Assembly: GCA_028875125.1 (NCBI GenBank)
Contig: JAPPGC010000027.1
Location: 4,781 to 68,780 of the forward strand
Source of the DNA: Bacteroidota bacterium
GTDB lineage: Bacteria > Bacteroidota > Rhodothermia > Rhodothermales > Bin80
Length of the DNA: 64,000 nucleotides
Direction: 5' to 3'
The notes beneath the pieces were generated by a model that was not told where the DNA came from, searched no databases, and was given only the letters and a program-made list of their open reading frames with translations. The translations under genes were made by a program, and so were the position numbers. Of the stretch, positions 46,176 through 56,500 are shown piece by piece (position 1 is the stretch's first letter; each line of letters opens with the position of its first letter).

Positions 46176-47683
46176 ACGTCAGTACTGTCAGGTTCGACCG
46201 GGCTCAGGCTGAGACCGGTATTTATGTATAGTTCGGGCACGGCAGACTGCAAACGCTCTGTCCCTGCCTCGGTGGTATTGGTTTGCCAGAGGTAGAGGGA
46301 CTGCAGCTCGGGTAATTCCTCAAGATGAACCAGTCCAGAATCGGACACTGCTGTGCCATAAAGATTTAGATACTCCAAGTATTCCAAGTTGCTCAAATGC
46401 GCCAATCCCTCATCGGTAACCGAAGTCTGCTGTAGATGCAGGCGCGTTACATGCGGCAGATCTGCGATCACCTCTACCAGATCGTTTCCAGCCTGGGAGC
46501 GTCCAAGATCAAGCCACGCGATGTTGGGGGCGAGTCGCAAGAGTGCTTCACGCATTTCACTCGTGCCTATGCATGCTTCCAAGTCCATGCAGCGTACCTG
46601 TAGGTACGGTTCATTTTCAGCCAAGGGTGTGACGGATAAACCCAGGTTAGCGAGTGCAACGATATCCATAGAATCCGGCGGAGCGGTATCCAGCGCAAAG
46701 ATTCCGGTTCGGATTTCATCCAATCCCATACCATCCACAATGGTTTGTACAACGGGTGACCATTCAGCGTCAGGGAGGAACTCCTCAAAAGACGCGCCCG
46801 CGTCAATCCACCATCGCAGCAGCTCGGCTTCCGCCACGGACAGCTGTGGGCTCTCAAAGGGCGGCATATGGTCGTCCGAATTGAGCGGTAGCCACAAGCG
46901 GTGGATAAGCTCACTCTCATGTGCGCGACCAGCGACAATGGGGGGACCGTCATCTCCGCCTTCGTTTATAAAATCGGGAGTATCCAAACGCAGTCCACCC
47001 CGCTGGGCGTTGGCACCGTGACACGATACACATCTAGATTCAAAGATGGGTGCGATAAGGGCGGTGTACGTAGTAGTTTCCGCGGGATTCTCCAATAGGA
47101 GACGTCCGATATCGGCTTTTTTGGGTAGTCCTGCAACCTGGCGCAAGCCATCCGGCATGTAGCGGGACAGATAGTCTGGACCATGTGTCAACACGCCCCC
47201 AAAATGTCCGGTAAGTGCGACCCCCAATAGCAGGAGCCCTAACGATATACCGTACATACGGGGTTCCCAGTGCTTAAGCCAGCGTTCTGAGAGGCCTGGC
47301 CAGGCTTTGTACAGGTAGGCCAGCGAAGCAAACAGGACGACCAGGATCCCCATGCGCTTGTGCCAGGCTAATTGGCTGGCAGAGTAGCCACCGCTCTGGG
47401 CCAGGTACAGACCGAAAATAACGGCCAGGATTGAGCTCCAGACGCCGATATACAGGAGTGCCAGAATTCCTGTATCATAGCGTCCTCGCAAGGCCGGCCT
47501 CAGTGAGAGACACTCAAGCAGGATAGCTACCACCAAGATCCCAATCGGCAGATGTACAATGACGGGGTGAAATCGTCCCAGGAACAGACTGAAGTCACTT
47601 GGTCGGCCAGAGCCCGGTACGGTTATCAACATTACTACCAGCAGGGCGAGGCCTGCACACATCCAGAACACGGACTGCTTCAT
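46172..47683 (-). CDS. membrane-anchored DUF2231-like + c-type cytochrome (PSCyt1, CxxCH) + C-terminal LRR fusion protein
   Basis: 503 aa. The N-terminal four or so TM segments contain FHPVIVHLPIG. The haem motif is CVSCHGANAQRGGLRLD. The C-terminal LRRs read LHLQQTSVTDEGLAHLSNLEYLEYLNLYGTAVSDSGLVHL. Confidence 0.65.
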   Translation of the reverse strand: MKQSVFWMCAGLALLVVMLITVPGSGRPSDFSLFLGRFHPVIVHLPIGILVVAILLECLSLRPALRGRYDTGILALLYIGVWSSILAVIFGLYLAQSGGYSASQLAWHKRMGILVVLFASLAYLYKAWPGLSERWLKHWEPRMYGISLGLLLLGVALTGHFGGVLTHGPDYLSRYMPDGLRQVAGLPKKADIGRLLLENPAETTTYTALIAPIFESRCVSCHGANAQRGGLRLDTPDFINEGGDDGPPIVAGRAHESELIHRLWLPLNSDDHMPPFESPQLSVAEAELLRWWIDAGASFEEFLPDAEWSPVVQTIVDGMGLDEIRTGIFALDTAPPDSMDIVALANLGLSVTPLAENEPYLQVRCMDLEACIGTSEMREALLRLAPNIAWLDLGRSQAGNDLVEVIADLPHVTRLHLQQTSVTDEGLAHLSNLEYLEYLNLYGTAVSDSGLVHLEELPELQSLYLWQTNTTEAGTERLQSAVPELYINTGLSLSPVEPDSTDV

Positions 47684-47724
47684 AGTGCCAACAAGAAAAA
47701 AGATTTAGTTATAGTCGAGAAGTA

Positions 47725-49188
47725 TTAGGCCAAGACCTGGTGCACAACATGTCCGTGCACATCGGTCAAACGAAAGTCCCGGCCCTGGAAGGGGTAAGTT
47801 AATCGCTCGTGATCAAATCCAAGGAGATGCAGGATCGTAGCTTGCAGGTCGTGAACATGTACCTGACCGCTCACAGCGCTATATCCGATTTCATCTGTTT
47901 CACCATGCGTAATGCCGCCCTTAACGCCACCACCAGCCATCCACATCGTAAAAGCGTCGCTGTGATGATCCCGACCGACAAAGGGGTTGTCTGTCCCTGA
48001 GCGGTTTTCCAGCATCGGTGTTCGCCCAAATTCTCCACCCCAGATCACAAGAGTCTCTTCAAGCAGGCCGCGCTGTTCCAGGTCTTCCAGGAGTGCAGTA
48101 ACCGGACGATCAGTTTCGCGGCAGCGCTCCAGGAAGCCCCCATTCAGGGCTTCACTTTCGCCTGCACCGTGTGAGTCCCAACCCCAGTGAAATAACTGGA
48201 CGAAGCGAACCCCCCGCTCCACGAGCCTTCGTGCAAGAAGACAATTGTTACTGAATGCCGTTTCGCCGGGAGCGGTGCCGTACAACTCATGTATGTAGGC
48301 AGGTTCACGGCTGATGTCCATGGCTTCCGGCACAGAGGTCTGCATGCGGAATGCCATTTCATACTGCGCAATGCGTGTGAGAATTTCGGGATCACCAACA
48401 TCCTCGTACTGTTGCTGATTGATCGTATTGATGGCATCGATGGATTTACGCCGGAGGTCACGCGGTATGCCCTCCGGGTCGCCCAAAAACAAGACCGGAT
48501 CCCCTTTGGTTCTACACTGCACACCTTGGTATACTGTGGGCAGAAAGCCGCTTCCATACACGCTGGCTCCCGCGTCCGGTGCAGCTCCACCGGAAAGCAG
48601 CACGACAAATGCAGGCAGGTTAGCATTTTCGGTACCAAGCCCATAAGTTACCCAGGAGCCCATACTCGGGCGACCAAGCCTGGGGCTTCCCGAATGGACA
48701 AACAGCTGTGCTGGAGCGTGGTTGAATTCATCGGTGCGCATAGCCTTGAGAAAGGCAACCTTATCCGCGACGCGCCCCAAGTGCGGCAGGTGGTCCGAGA
48801 TCCAGGCGCCCGACTCTCCGTGTTGACGAAAGTTGGCCTGTGGTCCCAGCATTTTTGGTATGCCCCGGATAAATGCGAAGCGCTTGCCTTCCAACAGCGA
48901 TTCGGGACAGTCCTGGCCATGCAGTCGCGCGAGTGTGGGTTTGTAGTCAAACAACTCCAATGGAGAAGGGCCGCCGGCCATATGCAAAAAAATCACACGT
49001 TTCGCACGCGGCGCAAAATGTGGTTTGCGCGGTGCCAATGGATCGGGAGAGCCGATCAGGTCAGTTGCTCCGGCGGCGCCAAGTGAGGCGAAAGCCATCG
49101 CCCCGAATCCGGCACCCGCGGACTTCAGGAAGTGGCGACGCGTAATGTGCCCGAGGTATGCGTGTTGGGCTTCTTTAGTAAGACTCAT
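47725..49188 (-). CDS. DUF1501 (sulfatase/alkaline-phosphatase-like) protein with Tat signal
   Basis: 487 aa. The twin-arginine leader is TRRHFLKSAGAGFGAMAFASLGAAGA. The C-terminus reads GRDHHSDAFTMWMAGGG...[10 protein letters not shown]. Confidence 0.85.
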   Translation of the reverse strand: MSLTKEAQHAYLGHITRRHFLKSAGAGFGAMAFASLGAAGATDLIGSPDPLAPRKPHFAPRAKRVIFLHMAGGPSPLELFDYKPTLARLHGQDCPESLLEGKRFAFIRGIPKMLGPQANFRQHGESGAWISDHLPHLGRVADKVAFLKAMRTDEFNHAPAQLFVHSGSPRLGRPSMGSWVTYGLGTENANLPAFVVLLSGGAAPDAGASVYGSGFLPTVYQGVQCRTKGDPVLFLGDPEGIPRDLRRKSIDAINTINQQQYEDVGDPEILTRIAQYEMAFRMQTSVPEAMDISREPAYIHELYGTAPGETAFSNNCLLARRLVERGVRFVQLFHWGWDSHGAGESEALNGGFLERCRETDRPVTALLEDLEQRGLLEETLVIWGGEFGRTPMLENRSGTDNPFVGRDHHSDAFTMWMAGGGVKGGITHGETDEIGYSAVSGQVHVHDLQATILHLLGFDHERLTYPFQGRDFRLTDVHGHVVHQVLA

Positions 49189-49267
49189 TTCAAATCGGAG
49201 AACGTCCAGTCTTAATCATAGCATGTTGAATATAGGGCGAATGCTGTAGTCAGGGAACCCCACTGGA

Positions 49268-51736
49268 TTATGCTTTCATAATGAACTGATCTAGGTTAAG
49301 GATTGCATTGGCAACAACGATCAAAGCTGCCAACTCAGCAGATCCTTGGTCTCCGGCTAATGTAATTACATCGCTCTCGCGTTCAGTGTAATAGGCTTTG
49401 GCATCACGATATAGGGGTTCGAGTGTGTTAAGCGTTTCCAGGTCCGGTGCAACACCCATGGCGTAAATATATCCCGCTTCAAGGGGACTTTCGGAATTGA
49501 GCATACGTTGGGCTAACGCCTGGGCCGCCTCAAAAAAGACAGGATCATTCAGTGAGACCAATGCCTGGAGGGGCGTATTGGTTCTTACCCGTCGAGATAC
49601 ACAGAACTCGCGGCTGGGGCTGTCAAATGTGGTCATGGACGGGTATGGTACGGTACGCCGCCAGTACGTATAAATTCCGCGCCTGTACCGATCATCCCCT
49701 TGACTGGTTTGCCATCGGCGGGCATCGTAAGGATTATTCCAAAGCCCTTCCGGTTGGGGAGGCATTACACTCGGACCGTACATCTTGAGGCTCAGCAGCC
49801 CGCTCACGTAGAGAGCCTGATCCCGGATCTGTTCTGCACTCAGACGGAAGCGGGCACCTCGTGCCAGCAGCCGGTTGCGTGGATCTTTGACTTCCAGTTC
49901 ATCGGTCACGCGTGAGGACTGCCTGTACGTCGAAGAAACCACCACAGAGCGCAGCAATGACTTGACACTCCAGGCGTGATCTTCCATAAAGCTGACCGCC
50001 AGGTAATCAAGTAGGTCTGGATGGGAGCGTTCAAGCCCCTGAGTACCAAAATCTTCCAGCGATTCGATGAGTCCAATCCCAAAAAGTTGTTCCCAGAATC
50101 GATTTACCGCTACCCGTGCGGTGAGCGGATTGTCACGCGTGACCAGCCACTGTGCCATTCCCAGACGGTTACGAGGAGCATCCTCCGGCATGGGAGGTAA
50201 TGCATCGGGCGTATTGGGTTCAACCTGTTCCCCTTTCAGCAGAAAGCTGCCCCGTTCAAACACGTGTGTGCGTCGCTGGAAGGGAAGTTCATGCATGATG
50301 GGGGTATGGACTGCGTCTAGTGTGCGCAACTCCCGCTCTATTTCCGCTTTTTCAGTACGCAGGCGCTCAAGTTCAGGATCATCACTGACGCTGGCATAAA
50401 TATGGTCCAGCGTCCATCGCTGGCCGTCTCCCCGCTGCTCTTCTGGGGTCGCCACAACCCGCTTGACTTCATTTTGAAGCATAAGTCGGACACGGCCGAT
50501 GATTTCGGGTTGGTCCAGCGTCGTCTCCCATGCACGCCGCTCTTCAGCCAGTGCATTGGAGCGCACGCGGGCAATGATGTCCTCTTCAAGTTGGGCAATG
50601 TTCTCAAGGAGTTTGTTTCCCCGTTCGGCAACCTCTTCCTCAAACAACGGGAGGGTTGGATATTCGGTGTCCAGATCCCGGTCGGCGCTGCTGTTGAAGA
50701 AGGCAAAGAACTCGTAGTACTCCTCGTGTGTGAATGGGTCATAGGGGTGGCCATGGCACTGAACACAGGCGAATGAGGTCCCCTGCCAGACTTCCCAGGT
50801 CGTGTTCACGCGATCAATGACCGCCGCAACGCGAAATTCTTCATCGTCTGTTCCCCCTTCGGTGTTGGTCATAGTGTTGCGGTTGAAGGCGGTTGCGATG
50901 CGCTGGCTTTCGGTCGCGTTCGGTAAAAGATCCCCTGCTAATTGTTCAATCGTGAATTGATCGAATGGCAGATCATCATTGAAGGCCTGAATGACCCAAT
51001 CCCGATAATGCCAAATAGTCCGGCCTATATCTTTTTCATATCCCTTGGAGTCAGCATATCTTGCGAGGTCCAGCCACATAGCCGCCCAGCGCTCACCGTA
51101 TGCCGGGGAGGCCAGTAGCGAATCTACATAGGTCTCGTACGATTCTCCGTCAACACAGACCTGTCTCACGTCTTCCGGTTGTGGGGGCAGGCCAATCAGG
51201 TCCAGTGTAACTCTCCGGACGAGCACGGGGCATTTTGCATCGGGGGACGGTGACAACTCCTCTTTGTCCAGCCGTGAAAGTATGAAGTAATCCAGCGGCT
51301 CACGCGGCCACGCAGGATCAGATACGTCCGGCAAGGCGGGTCGCTTTGGGGTGACGTAAGCCCAGTGATCCTCCCATTGTGCCCCTTCTTCTATCCACGT
51401 GTGTAGGATTTCGATTTGCTCAGGCGTGAGCGGGTCATCATCCTGAGGCATCCGGTGCTTCGGATCCGCATGCGAAACGCGTCGCAGCAGTTCGCTTTCG
51501 TCGGGCTTAAGGGGGACGATTGCACGCTCGCCCGATTCTGCTGCGGCAAGTGCTTCATGTCGGAAGAGCAGGCTTAGATCTGCCTGGCGGCGAATGCCCC
51601 CATGACAGTTCACGCATCGCTCATTCAGTATAGGGCGAACCTGCTCATTAAAGCTGATCTCCGGAGCACGGCCACAGCTACTGAACACTGACAAAGCTGC
51701 TGCGACCACAATGTATCCGGCAATAAGATGCTTCAT
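49268..51736 (-). CDS. PSCyt1/DUF1549(PSCyt2)/DUF1553(PSD1) haem-motif protein, without LamG insert
   Basis: 822 aa. CxxCH motifs are CVNCH and CVQCHGHPYDPF. The DUF1553-type C-terminal half contains [18 protein letters not shown]. The stop overlaps nothing and the start overlaps the DUF1501 stop by 4 nt. Confidence 0.85.
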   Translation of the reverse strand: MKHLIAGYIVVAAALSVFSSCGRAPEISFNEQVRPILNERCVNCHGGIRRQADLSLLFRHEALAAAESGERAIVPLKPDESELLRRVSHADPKHRMPQDDDPLTPEQIEILHTWIEEGAQWEDHWAYVTPKRPALPDVSDPAWPREPLDYFILSRLDKEELSPSPDAKCPVLVRRVTLDLIGLPPQPEDVRQVCVDGESYETYVDSLLASPAYGERWAAMWLDLARYADSKGYEKDIGRTIWHYRDWVIQAFNDDLPFDQFTIEQLAGDLLPNATESQRIATAFNRNTMTNTEGGTDDEEFRVAAVIDRVNTTWEVWQGTSFACVQCHGHPYDPFTHEEYYEFFAFFNSSADRDLDTEYPTLPLFEEEVAERGNKLLENIAQLEEDIIARVRSNALAEERRAWETTLDQPEIIGRVRLMLQNEVKRVVATPEEQRGDGQRWTLDHIYASVSDDPELERLRTEKAEIERELRTLDAVHTPIMHELPFQRRTHVFERGSFLLKGEQVEPNTPDALPPMPEDAPRNRLGMAQWLVTRDNPLTARVAVNRFWEQLFGIGLIESLEDFGTQGLERSHPDLLDYLAVSFMEDHAWSVKSLLRSVVVSSTYRQSSRVTDELEVKDPRNRLLARGARFRLSAEQIRDQALYVSGLLSLKMYGPSVMPPQPEGLWNNPYDARRWQTSQGDDRYRRGIYTYWRRTVPYPSMTTFDSPSREFCVSRRVRTNTPLQALVSLNDPVFFEAAQALAQRMLNSESPLEAGYIYAMGVAPDLETLNTLEPLYRDAKAYYTERESDVITLAGDQGSAELAALIVVANAILNLDQFIMKA

Positions 51737-53145
51737 GCGATAATCGGTTTGACGACCGTGCCATGCACATCTGTGAGTCGGTAACGGCGGCCCTGATACT
51801 TAAATGTAAGTAGCTCATGATCAATTCCAAGGAGATGCATCAGCGTGGCTTGCAAATCATGTACATGCACCGGGTCGCGAACCACATTGTAGCCAAGATC
51901 ATCCGTCTCACCGTAGCTGAAACCGGATTGCACGCCTCCACCCGCCATCCACAGTGTGAAACATCGGGGATGGTGGTCGCGACCGTAATCTTCATCTGTA
52001 AGGCGTCCCTGGCAGTAATTGGTGCGCCCGAACTCTCCACCCCAGATGACCAGGGTATCGTCCAGCATTCCCCGCTGTTTGAGGTCCCGCACGAGCGCGG
52101 CTGAGGGTTGATCGGTTTCTCTTGACTGGACTTTAATACCGGATGGCAATCCTCCGTGATGATCCCATCCCTGATGAAAGAGCTGGATAAAGCGTACGCC
52201 ACGCTCGGCTAGGCGCCGGGCCAGAAGACAGTTGGCTGCAAAGGTGCCGGGCTCCCGGGCATCTTCGCCATAGAGGTCAAAGATATAATCCGGCTCATTG
52301 GAAAGGTCCATCACATCAGGCACGGAGGTTTGCATACGATAGGCCATTTCGTACTGAGATATCCGTGACTCAATACGCTCCCATCCGGGTGCGCCTTCTT
52401 TCAGCTGATGCAATTCCCGAAGGCGATCAAGTTGCATTCGTCGCTGTTTTGAAGAGACGCCATCAGGGTTGCTCAGATATAGCACGGGATCCACTCCGCT
52501 TCTGAACTGCACTCCCTGGTGTTGCGATGGCAGGAACCCATTCCCCCAGAGTCGGGCATAGAGTGGTTGTCCTCCCTTGTCTTTTGTGATGAGCACACAA
52601 AATGCAGGCAGGTTTTCATTTTCGGTTCCGAGTCCATAGCTGAGCCATGATCCGAAGGACGGCCGGCCCGCAATCTGTGATCCTGTAAGAAAGAATGTAA
52701 TTGCCGGATCGTGGTTGATCGCTTCGGTGTGCATGGATTTAACGATGCATAACTCATCCACAATCTCTGCAGTGTACGGCATCAGTTCGCTCACCCAGGT
52801 TTTGCTCTCTCCATATTGGGCAAAAGAAAAGTGTGAGCGGGCCAGGGGCAACCTGTTCTGAAAGCCAGTCATTCCGGTAAGCCGTTGTCCCTTGCGCACA
52901 GATTCAGGCAATTCCTGCCCGTGCATGGCATTAACCTGTGGCTTATAGTCAAACAGTTCAAACTGTGAGGGGCCACCGCTCTGGAACAGATAAATGATTC
53001 GTTTGGCGCGCGGGATCAAATCCGTCCCAGTGGCCAGGGACGGATTTACTAGCGAGGACAACGCAAGCCCGCCCAGCCCCATGCCAAGGCGCCCCAAAAA
53101 CTCCCTGCGAGTGCTAAGGGGGCTATAATTACAACATTCATGCAT
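51733..53145 (-). CDS. DUF1501 protein with Tat signal
   Basis: 470 aa. The Tat leader is [38 protein letters not shown] is present. The ATG shares one base with the upstream TGA (TGATG). Confidence 0.85.
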   Translation of the reverse strand: MHECCNYSPLSTRREFLGRLGMGLGGLALSSLVNPSLATGTDLIPRAKRIIYLFQSGGPSQFELFDYKPQVNAMHGQELPESVRKGQRLTGMTGFQNRLPLARSHFSFAQYGESKTWVSELMPYTAEIVDELCIVKSMHTEAINHDPAITFFLTGSQIAGRPSFGSWLSYGLGTENENLPAFCVLITKDKGGQPLYARLWGNGFLPSQHQGVQFRSGVDPVLYLSNPDGVSSKQRRMQLDRLRELHQLKEGAPGWERIESRISQYEMAYRMQTSVPDVMDLSNEPDYIFDLYGEDAREPGTFAANCLLARRLAERGVRFIQLFHQGWDHHGGLPSGIKVQSRETDQPSAALVRDLKQRGMLDDTLVIWGGEFGRTNYCQGRLTDEDYGRDHHPRCFTLWMAGGGVQSGFSYGETDDLGYNVVRDPVHVHDLQATLMHLLGIDHELLTFKYQGRRYRLTDVHGTVVKPIIA

Positions 53146-56100
53146 CAGTACTTCTCAATAACTTCATCAAAGGATAGCAACGCATTGGCAACCATGGTAT
53201 GTGCAGCCCATTTAACAGGGTCTAGCCCCGCTTGCAGTTGAGACTCCCCGGTTTCTAACAGTTGCCTGGCCGCCTTGGGGTCTTTGGAAAATTCCTCAAG
53301 CTGTTCGGTGTATAGTGATTGCAATGCTTTCGTTTCGGATGGATTCGGGCTACGTCCCGTTAGCAATTTAAATCCCAACGCAATTTGATCTTCAAGTGTT
53401 TCCATCCCGAGCATGCGGGTGGCTATGTGACGGGATGCTTCCACATACTGTGGGTCATTGAGCAGAACCAGGGCCTGCATAGGGGTCGCCGTGCGCTGAC
53501 GCCGCATCACACACTGTGCACGAGTTGGCATATCAAAAGTGATCAGGGAAGGAGGTGGGGAAGTGCGCTTGAAGAAGGTGTAAAGTGTGCGCCGGTAGAG
53601 GTCAGAGCCTGAGCCCTGCTCATACCTGATCCCGATCCCGTGCTTTTCCTGCCAGAGTCCTCCCGGTTGATACGGTTTAACGGCAGGTCCACCTAGCGTT
53701 CGGTCAAGAAGTCCACTGACTGCAAGTGCCTGGTCGCGCACCATTTCTGCACTCAGGCGAAGTCTGGGGCCTCGTGCGAACAACTTATTGTCGGGGTCAA
53801 GGTCGAGGAGTACAGGACTAGCTTCAGATTGCTGGCGATAGGTGGCACTCGTCACGATCAGGCGCTGCATAGCCTTAATATCCCATCCCGAGTTAACGAA
53901 TGTCGTGGCCAGATAATCCAGCAGTTCAGGGAAGGAGGGCAAGGCGCCCTGTCGTCCAAAATCTTCAGGTGTGGAGACAATGCCGGTTCCAAAGTACTTC
54001 TGCCAATACCGGTTCACTGCAACCCGGGCAGTAAGAGGATGCTCTGGATGAAACAACCATCTGGCCAAACCGAGGCGGTTTTGAGGTGCATCATCGGGGA
54101 AAGGCAGGATGGCATCTGGTGTGTGCGGTTCAACGCTCTCCCTCTTTGCGTCGTACTGGCCACGGTTCAATATGTACGCTGGTCGTGGGGGGAACATCTC
54201 CTCAGTGACCATGATTGCCGGTATACCTTCAAGGAGGGTGTTCTCCTTTTCGCGCAGGGCTTGGAGGGCAGCCTGTGCACGCTGCCAAGGCATCACCTCA
54301 TGTGCCAGATACCATTGAAAAAGATCATGTCGATCCGGGGTTGTTTCTGTTCTCCCTGCCAGGCGCGCAACCTCAAAGCCGAACAGCCTCTGATCGTACA
54401 GGCGTAATTCATCAACAGCTCCGTTACGCAGGCCGCTGTCGTGGTGTCGGTAGGCGATTTGCAGGGGGACCTTCAAATCGTCGTATGTGATATGCCGGGT
54501 AAGACCATCACGCACGGTTTCTACATCGGCGAGTAGCCCATTGAGGTACAGGCGCACACCGGAGGCGCGGCTGGATCCATCGTAGGTCATGGCTACATGC
54601 GTCCAATCCCCAATCAGGAGAGCATCAATCGTTTGGATGCGCAAGGCATTTTGGGGCCACATATGGGCCAGTTGCGCCACGAGGCGACCATCCCGGAGTA
54701 CAAGCTCCCAGCCGTGGCTCCCGACATCCTGTGCAGCCAGCGTGCGATGGACGATGGCACCTGTATCCTCTCCCGGATTGATCCAGAGACTTACGGTAAA
54801 GGGTTGTGTTCTCCGGAATTCACCCATATCTGCGAAGGAGAAACCGCTCTCACCGTCAAAGGCCATCGCCTGCCCCTGGTACCCAGGCACTATATCTGGG
54901 GCGAAGACGGCTGTCCCCTGTTTGCCATCCTGGCATGGTAATGTTGGTCCGTTCAGGCGTTCAAACTCGCAGGCAAGAATGGGCCTGGGGTCGGTATCCG
55001 GCGGTAATGACGGGTACCGGGAAGTGAAGCCCAGCCTCGACATTTCCGCTATATTGCCAACTGCACGCTCAGCTGATTCAATCTCACGTGCGAGACGATC
55101 CAGTTCCTCCTGATCATCCGGCGTAGGCAGATCCAGTGCGGGCACGGGCACTGCATACGGTGAAGTCTGCCCGGATTCGTCCACATTGTTAAAAAAACTG
55201 AAGAGCCCATAGTAGTTGGCTTGCGTAATCGGATCGTACTTGTGATCGTGGCAGCGTGCACATTCAAGGGTCAGGCCCATGAATGCCGCCCCCATCGTAT
55301 TGACGCGATCCGCCACGTATTCCGTGCGCAACTCTTCTTCAATAATGCCCCCTTCGTTAGTCTGGCGGTGGTTACGGTTGAAGGTGGTCGCCAACCGTTG
55401 GTTCAGCGTTGCATTTGGCAGTAGGTCTCCCGCAAGCTGCCAGGTAGCGAACGTATCAAAGGGCAGGTTCTCATTGTAGGCTTCCACGACCCAATCTCTC
55501 CACGGCCACACGTACCGATCCCCGTCATTCTGATATCCATGTGTGTCCGCGAATCTAGCGATATCCAGCCACATAGAAGCCATGTGCTCTCCATAAGCAG
55601 GGGAATCAAGCAGCCGATCAACAACCTTTTCATAGGCATGAGCAGAGGTATCTGCAAGAAAAGCGTCCAGTTCCTCCAACGTTGAGGGAAGACCAGTTAG
55701 GTCAAGTGTGACGCGTCGAAGGAGCGTGCCTGGGTCTGCCTCTGGAGCCGGGGTCAGTTCTTCCGACTCAAGACGTGCCAGCGTAAAGTGGTCAATTCTG
55801 TTGTTCGGCCAATCTGATTGTTGGACGGTCGGCAAGGGTAAATCAGCAGCCGGCTGGAAGCTCCAGTGTGGTTTCCATTCAGCTCCCTGTTCAATCCAGC
55901 GACTGAGGAGTGCAATTTCGTGACCAGAAAGTGAGAGCTTCGATTCAGGCGGGGGCATGCGCACCTCTGGATCATCGGAGTGAATACGCGAATACAGCCG
56001 GCTCTTTCTGAGGCTTCCCGGTACGACAGCATATCCACCGGAAGCGAGACGCTCCTGCTTTGCCCCAGCCTCTTCATCCAGACGCAGGCCGGCCTGCCGT

Positions 56101-56303
56101 GCGTTGGCATCAGGACCATGGCAGGCGTAACAGCGGTCCGAAAGGATTGGCCGGACGTGAATATTGTAGTCAACGACTGTCGGCAACGATGCATCCCGTG
56201 GATGCAGTTCGCTCCCGCACCCGGCTGTCATAAGCAGGGTTATGCAAACCGCAAAAGGGATGATTTCAGGCCAGGAGATCCTTAACCACATGGCCATGCA
56301 CAT
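53145..56303 (-). CDS. PSCyt1/DUF1549/LamG/DUF1553 haem-motif lipoprotein (intact copy A)
   Basis: 1052 aa with lipobox LLMTAGC. CxxCH motifs are CYACH and [13 protein letters not shown] central LamG-like module reads FDGESGFSF...FTVSLWINP...[11 protein letters not shown]...LYLNG. The C-terminus is DUF1553. The likely start is the ATG at 56291 (MWLRISW...). Confidence 0.85.
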   Translation of the reverse strand: MCMAMWLRISWPEIIPFAVCITLLMTAGCGSELHPRDASLPTVVDYNIHVRPILSDRCYACHGPDANARQAGLRLDEEAGAKQERLASGGYAVVPGSLRKSRLYSRIHSDDPEVRMPPPESKLSLSGHEIALLSRWIEQGAEWKPHWSFQPAADLPLPTVQQSDWPNNRIDHFTLARLESEELTPAPEADPGTLLRRVTLDLTGLPSTLEELDAFLADTSAHAYEKVVDRLLDSPAYGEHMASMWLDIARFADTHGYQNDGDRYVWPWRDWVVEAYNENLPFDTFATWQLAGDLLPNATLNQRLATTFNRNHRQTNEGGIIEEELRTEYVADRVNTMGAAFMGLTLECARCHDHKYDPITQANYYGLFSFFNNVDESGQTSPYAVPVPALDLPTPDDQEELDRLAREIESAERAVGNIAEMSRLGFTSRYPSLPPDTDPRPILACEFERLNGPTLPCQDGKQGTAVFAPDIVPGYQGQAMAFDGESGFSFADMGEFRRTQPFTVSLWINPGEDTGAIVHRTLAAQDVGSHGWELVLRDGRLVAQLAHMWPQNALRIQTIDALLIGDWTHVAMTYDGSSRASGVRLYLNGLLADVETVRDGLTRHITYDDLKVPLQIAYRHHDSGLRNGAVDELRLYDQRLFGFEVARLAGRTETTPDRHDLFQWYLAHEVMPWQRAQAALQALREKENTLLEGIPAIMVTEEMFPPRPAYILNRGQYDAKRESVEPHTPDAILPFPDDAPQNRLGLARWLFHPEHPLTARVAVNRYWQKYFGTGIVSTPEDFGRQGALPSFPELLDYLATTFVNSGWDIKAMQRLIVTSATYRQQSEASPVLLDLDPDNKLFARGPRLRLSAEMVRDQALAVSGLLDRTLGGPAVKPYQPGGLWQEKHGIGIRYEQGSGSDLYRRTLYTFFKRTSPPPSLITFDMPTRAQCVMRRQRTATPMQALVLLNDPQYVEASRHIATRMLGMETLEDQIALGFKLLTGRSPNPSETKALQSLYTEQLEEFSKDPKAARQLLETGESQLQAGLDPVKWAAHTMVANALLSFDEVIEKY

Positions 56304-56335
56304 CTGTTAGTCTATATCAGCGTCCCAGAAACTCC

Positions 56336-56500
56336 CTGCGAGTGCTGAGAGGGCTACAATTAGGGAATTATGGTGCATAGTTGAATATACCCTCAATTTG
56401 ACGGCTCATAGGGGTCTCCAGAGAGAACGCCCCTCCACGTCCAGTAGCCCCAATCCCGGAGGCCAGTATATTTGCAGACGCGTTGAGGTCTGCATGATCC
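56336..56500 (-). ncRNA. putative omega RNA (reRNA): scaffold overlapping the tnpB 3' end and right end, plus a guide read from flanking DNA
   Basis: Placed by analogy with characterised TnpB elements, where the scaffold covers the tnpB 3' end and the guide is the 16-20 nt just outside the right end. Here the guide would be AGCCCTCTCAGCACTCGCAG (56355 down to 56336). The 5' limit is a guess and no structure was verified. Confidence 0.3.

Noticed and set aside
56400-56470. A possible right-end or omega RNA hairpin (AGGGG...CCCCT around 56405-56435, and AGGGTAT...ATAATTCCCT near the stop).
   Set aside because: The stems are short or imperfect and were found only by eye. Without folding software or covariation I cannot support specific structural elements.
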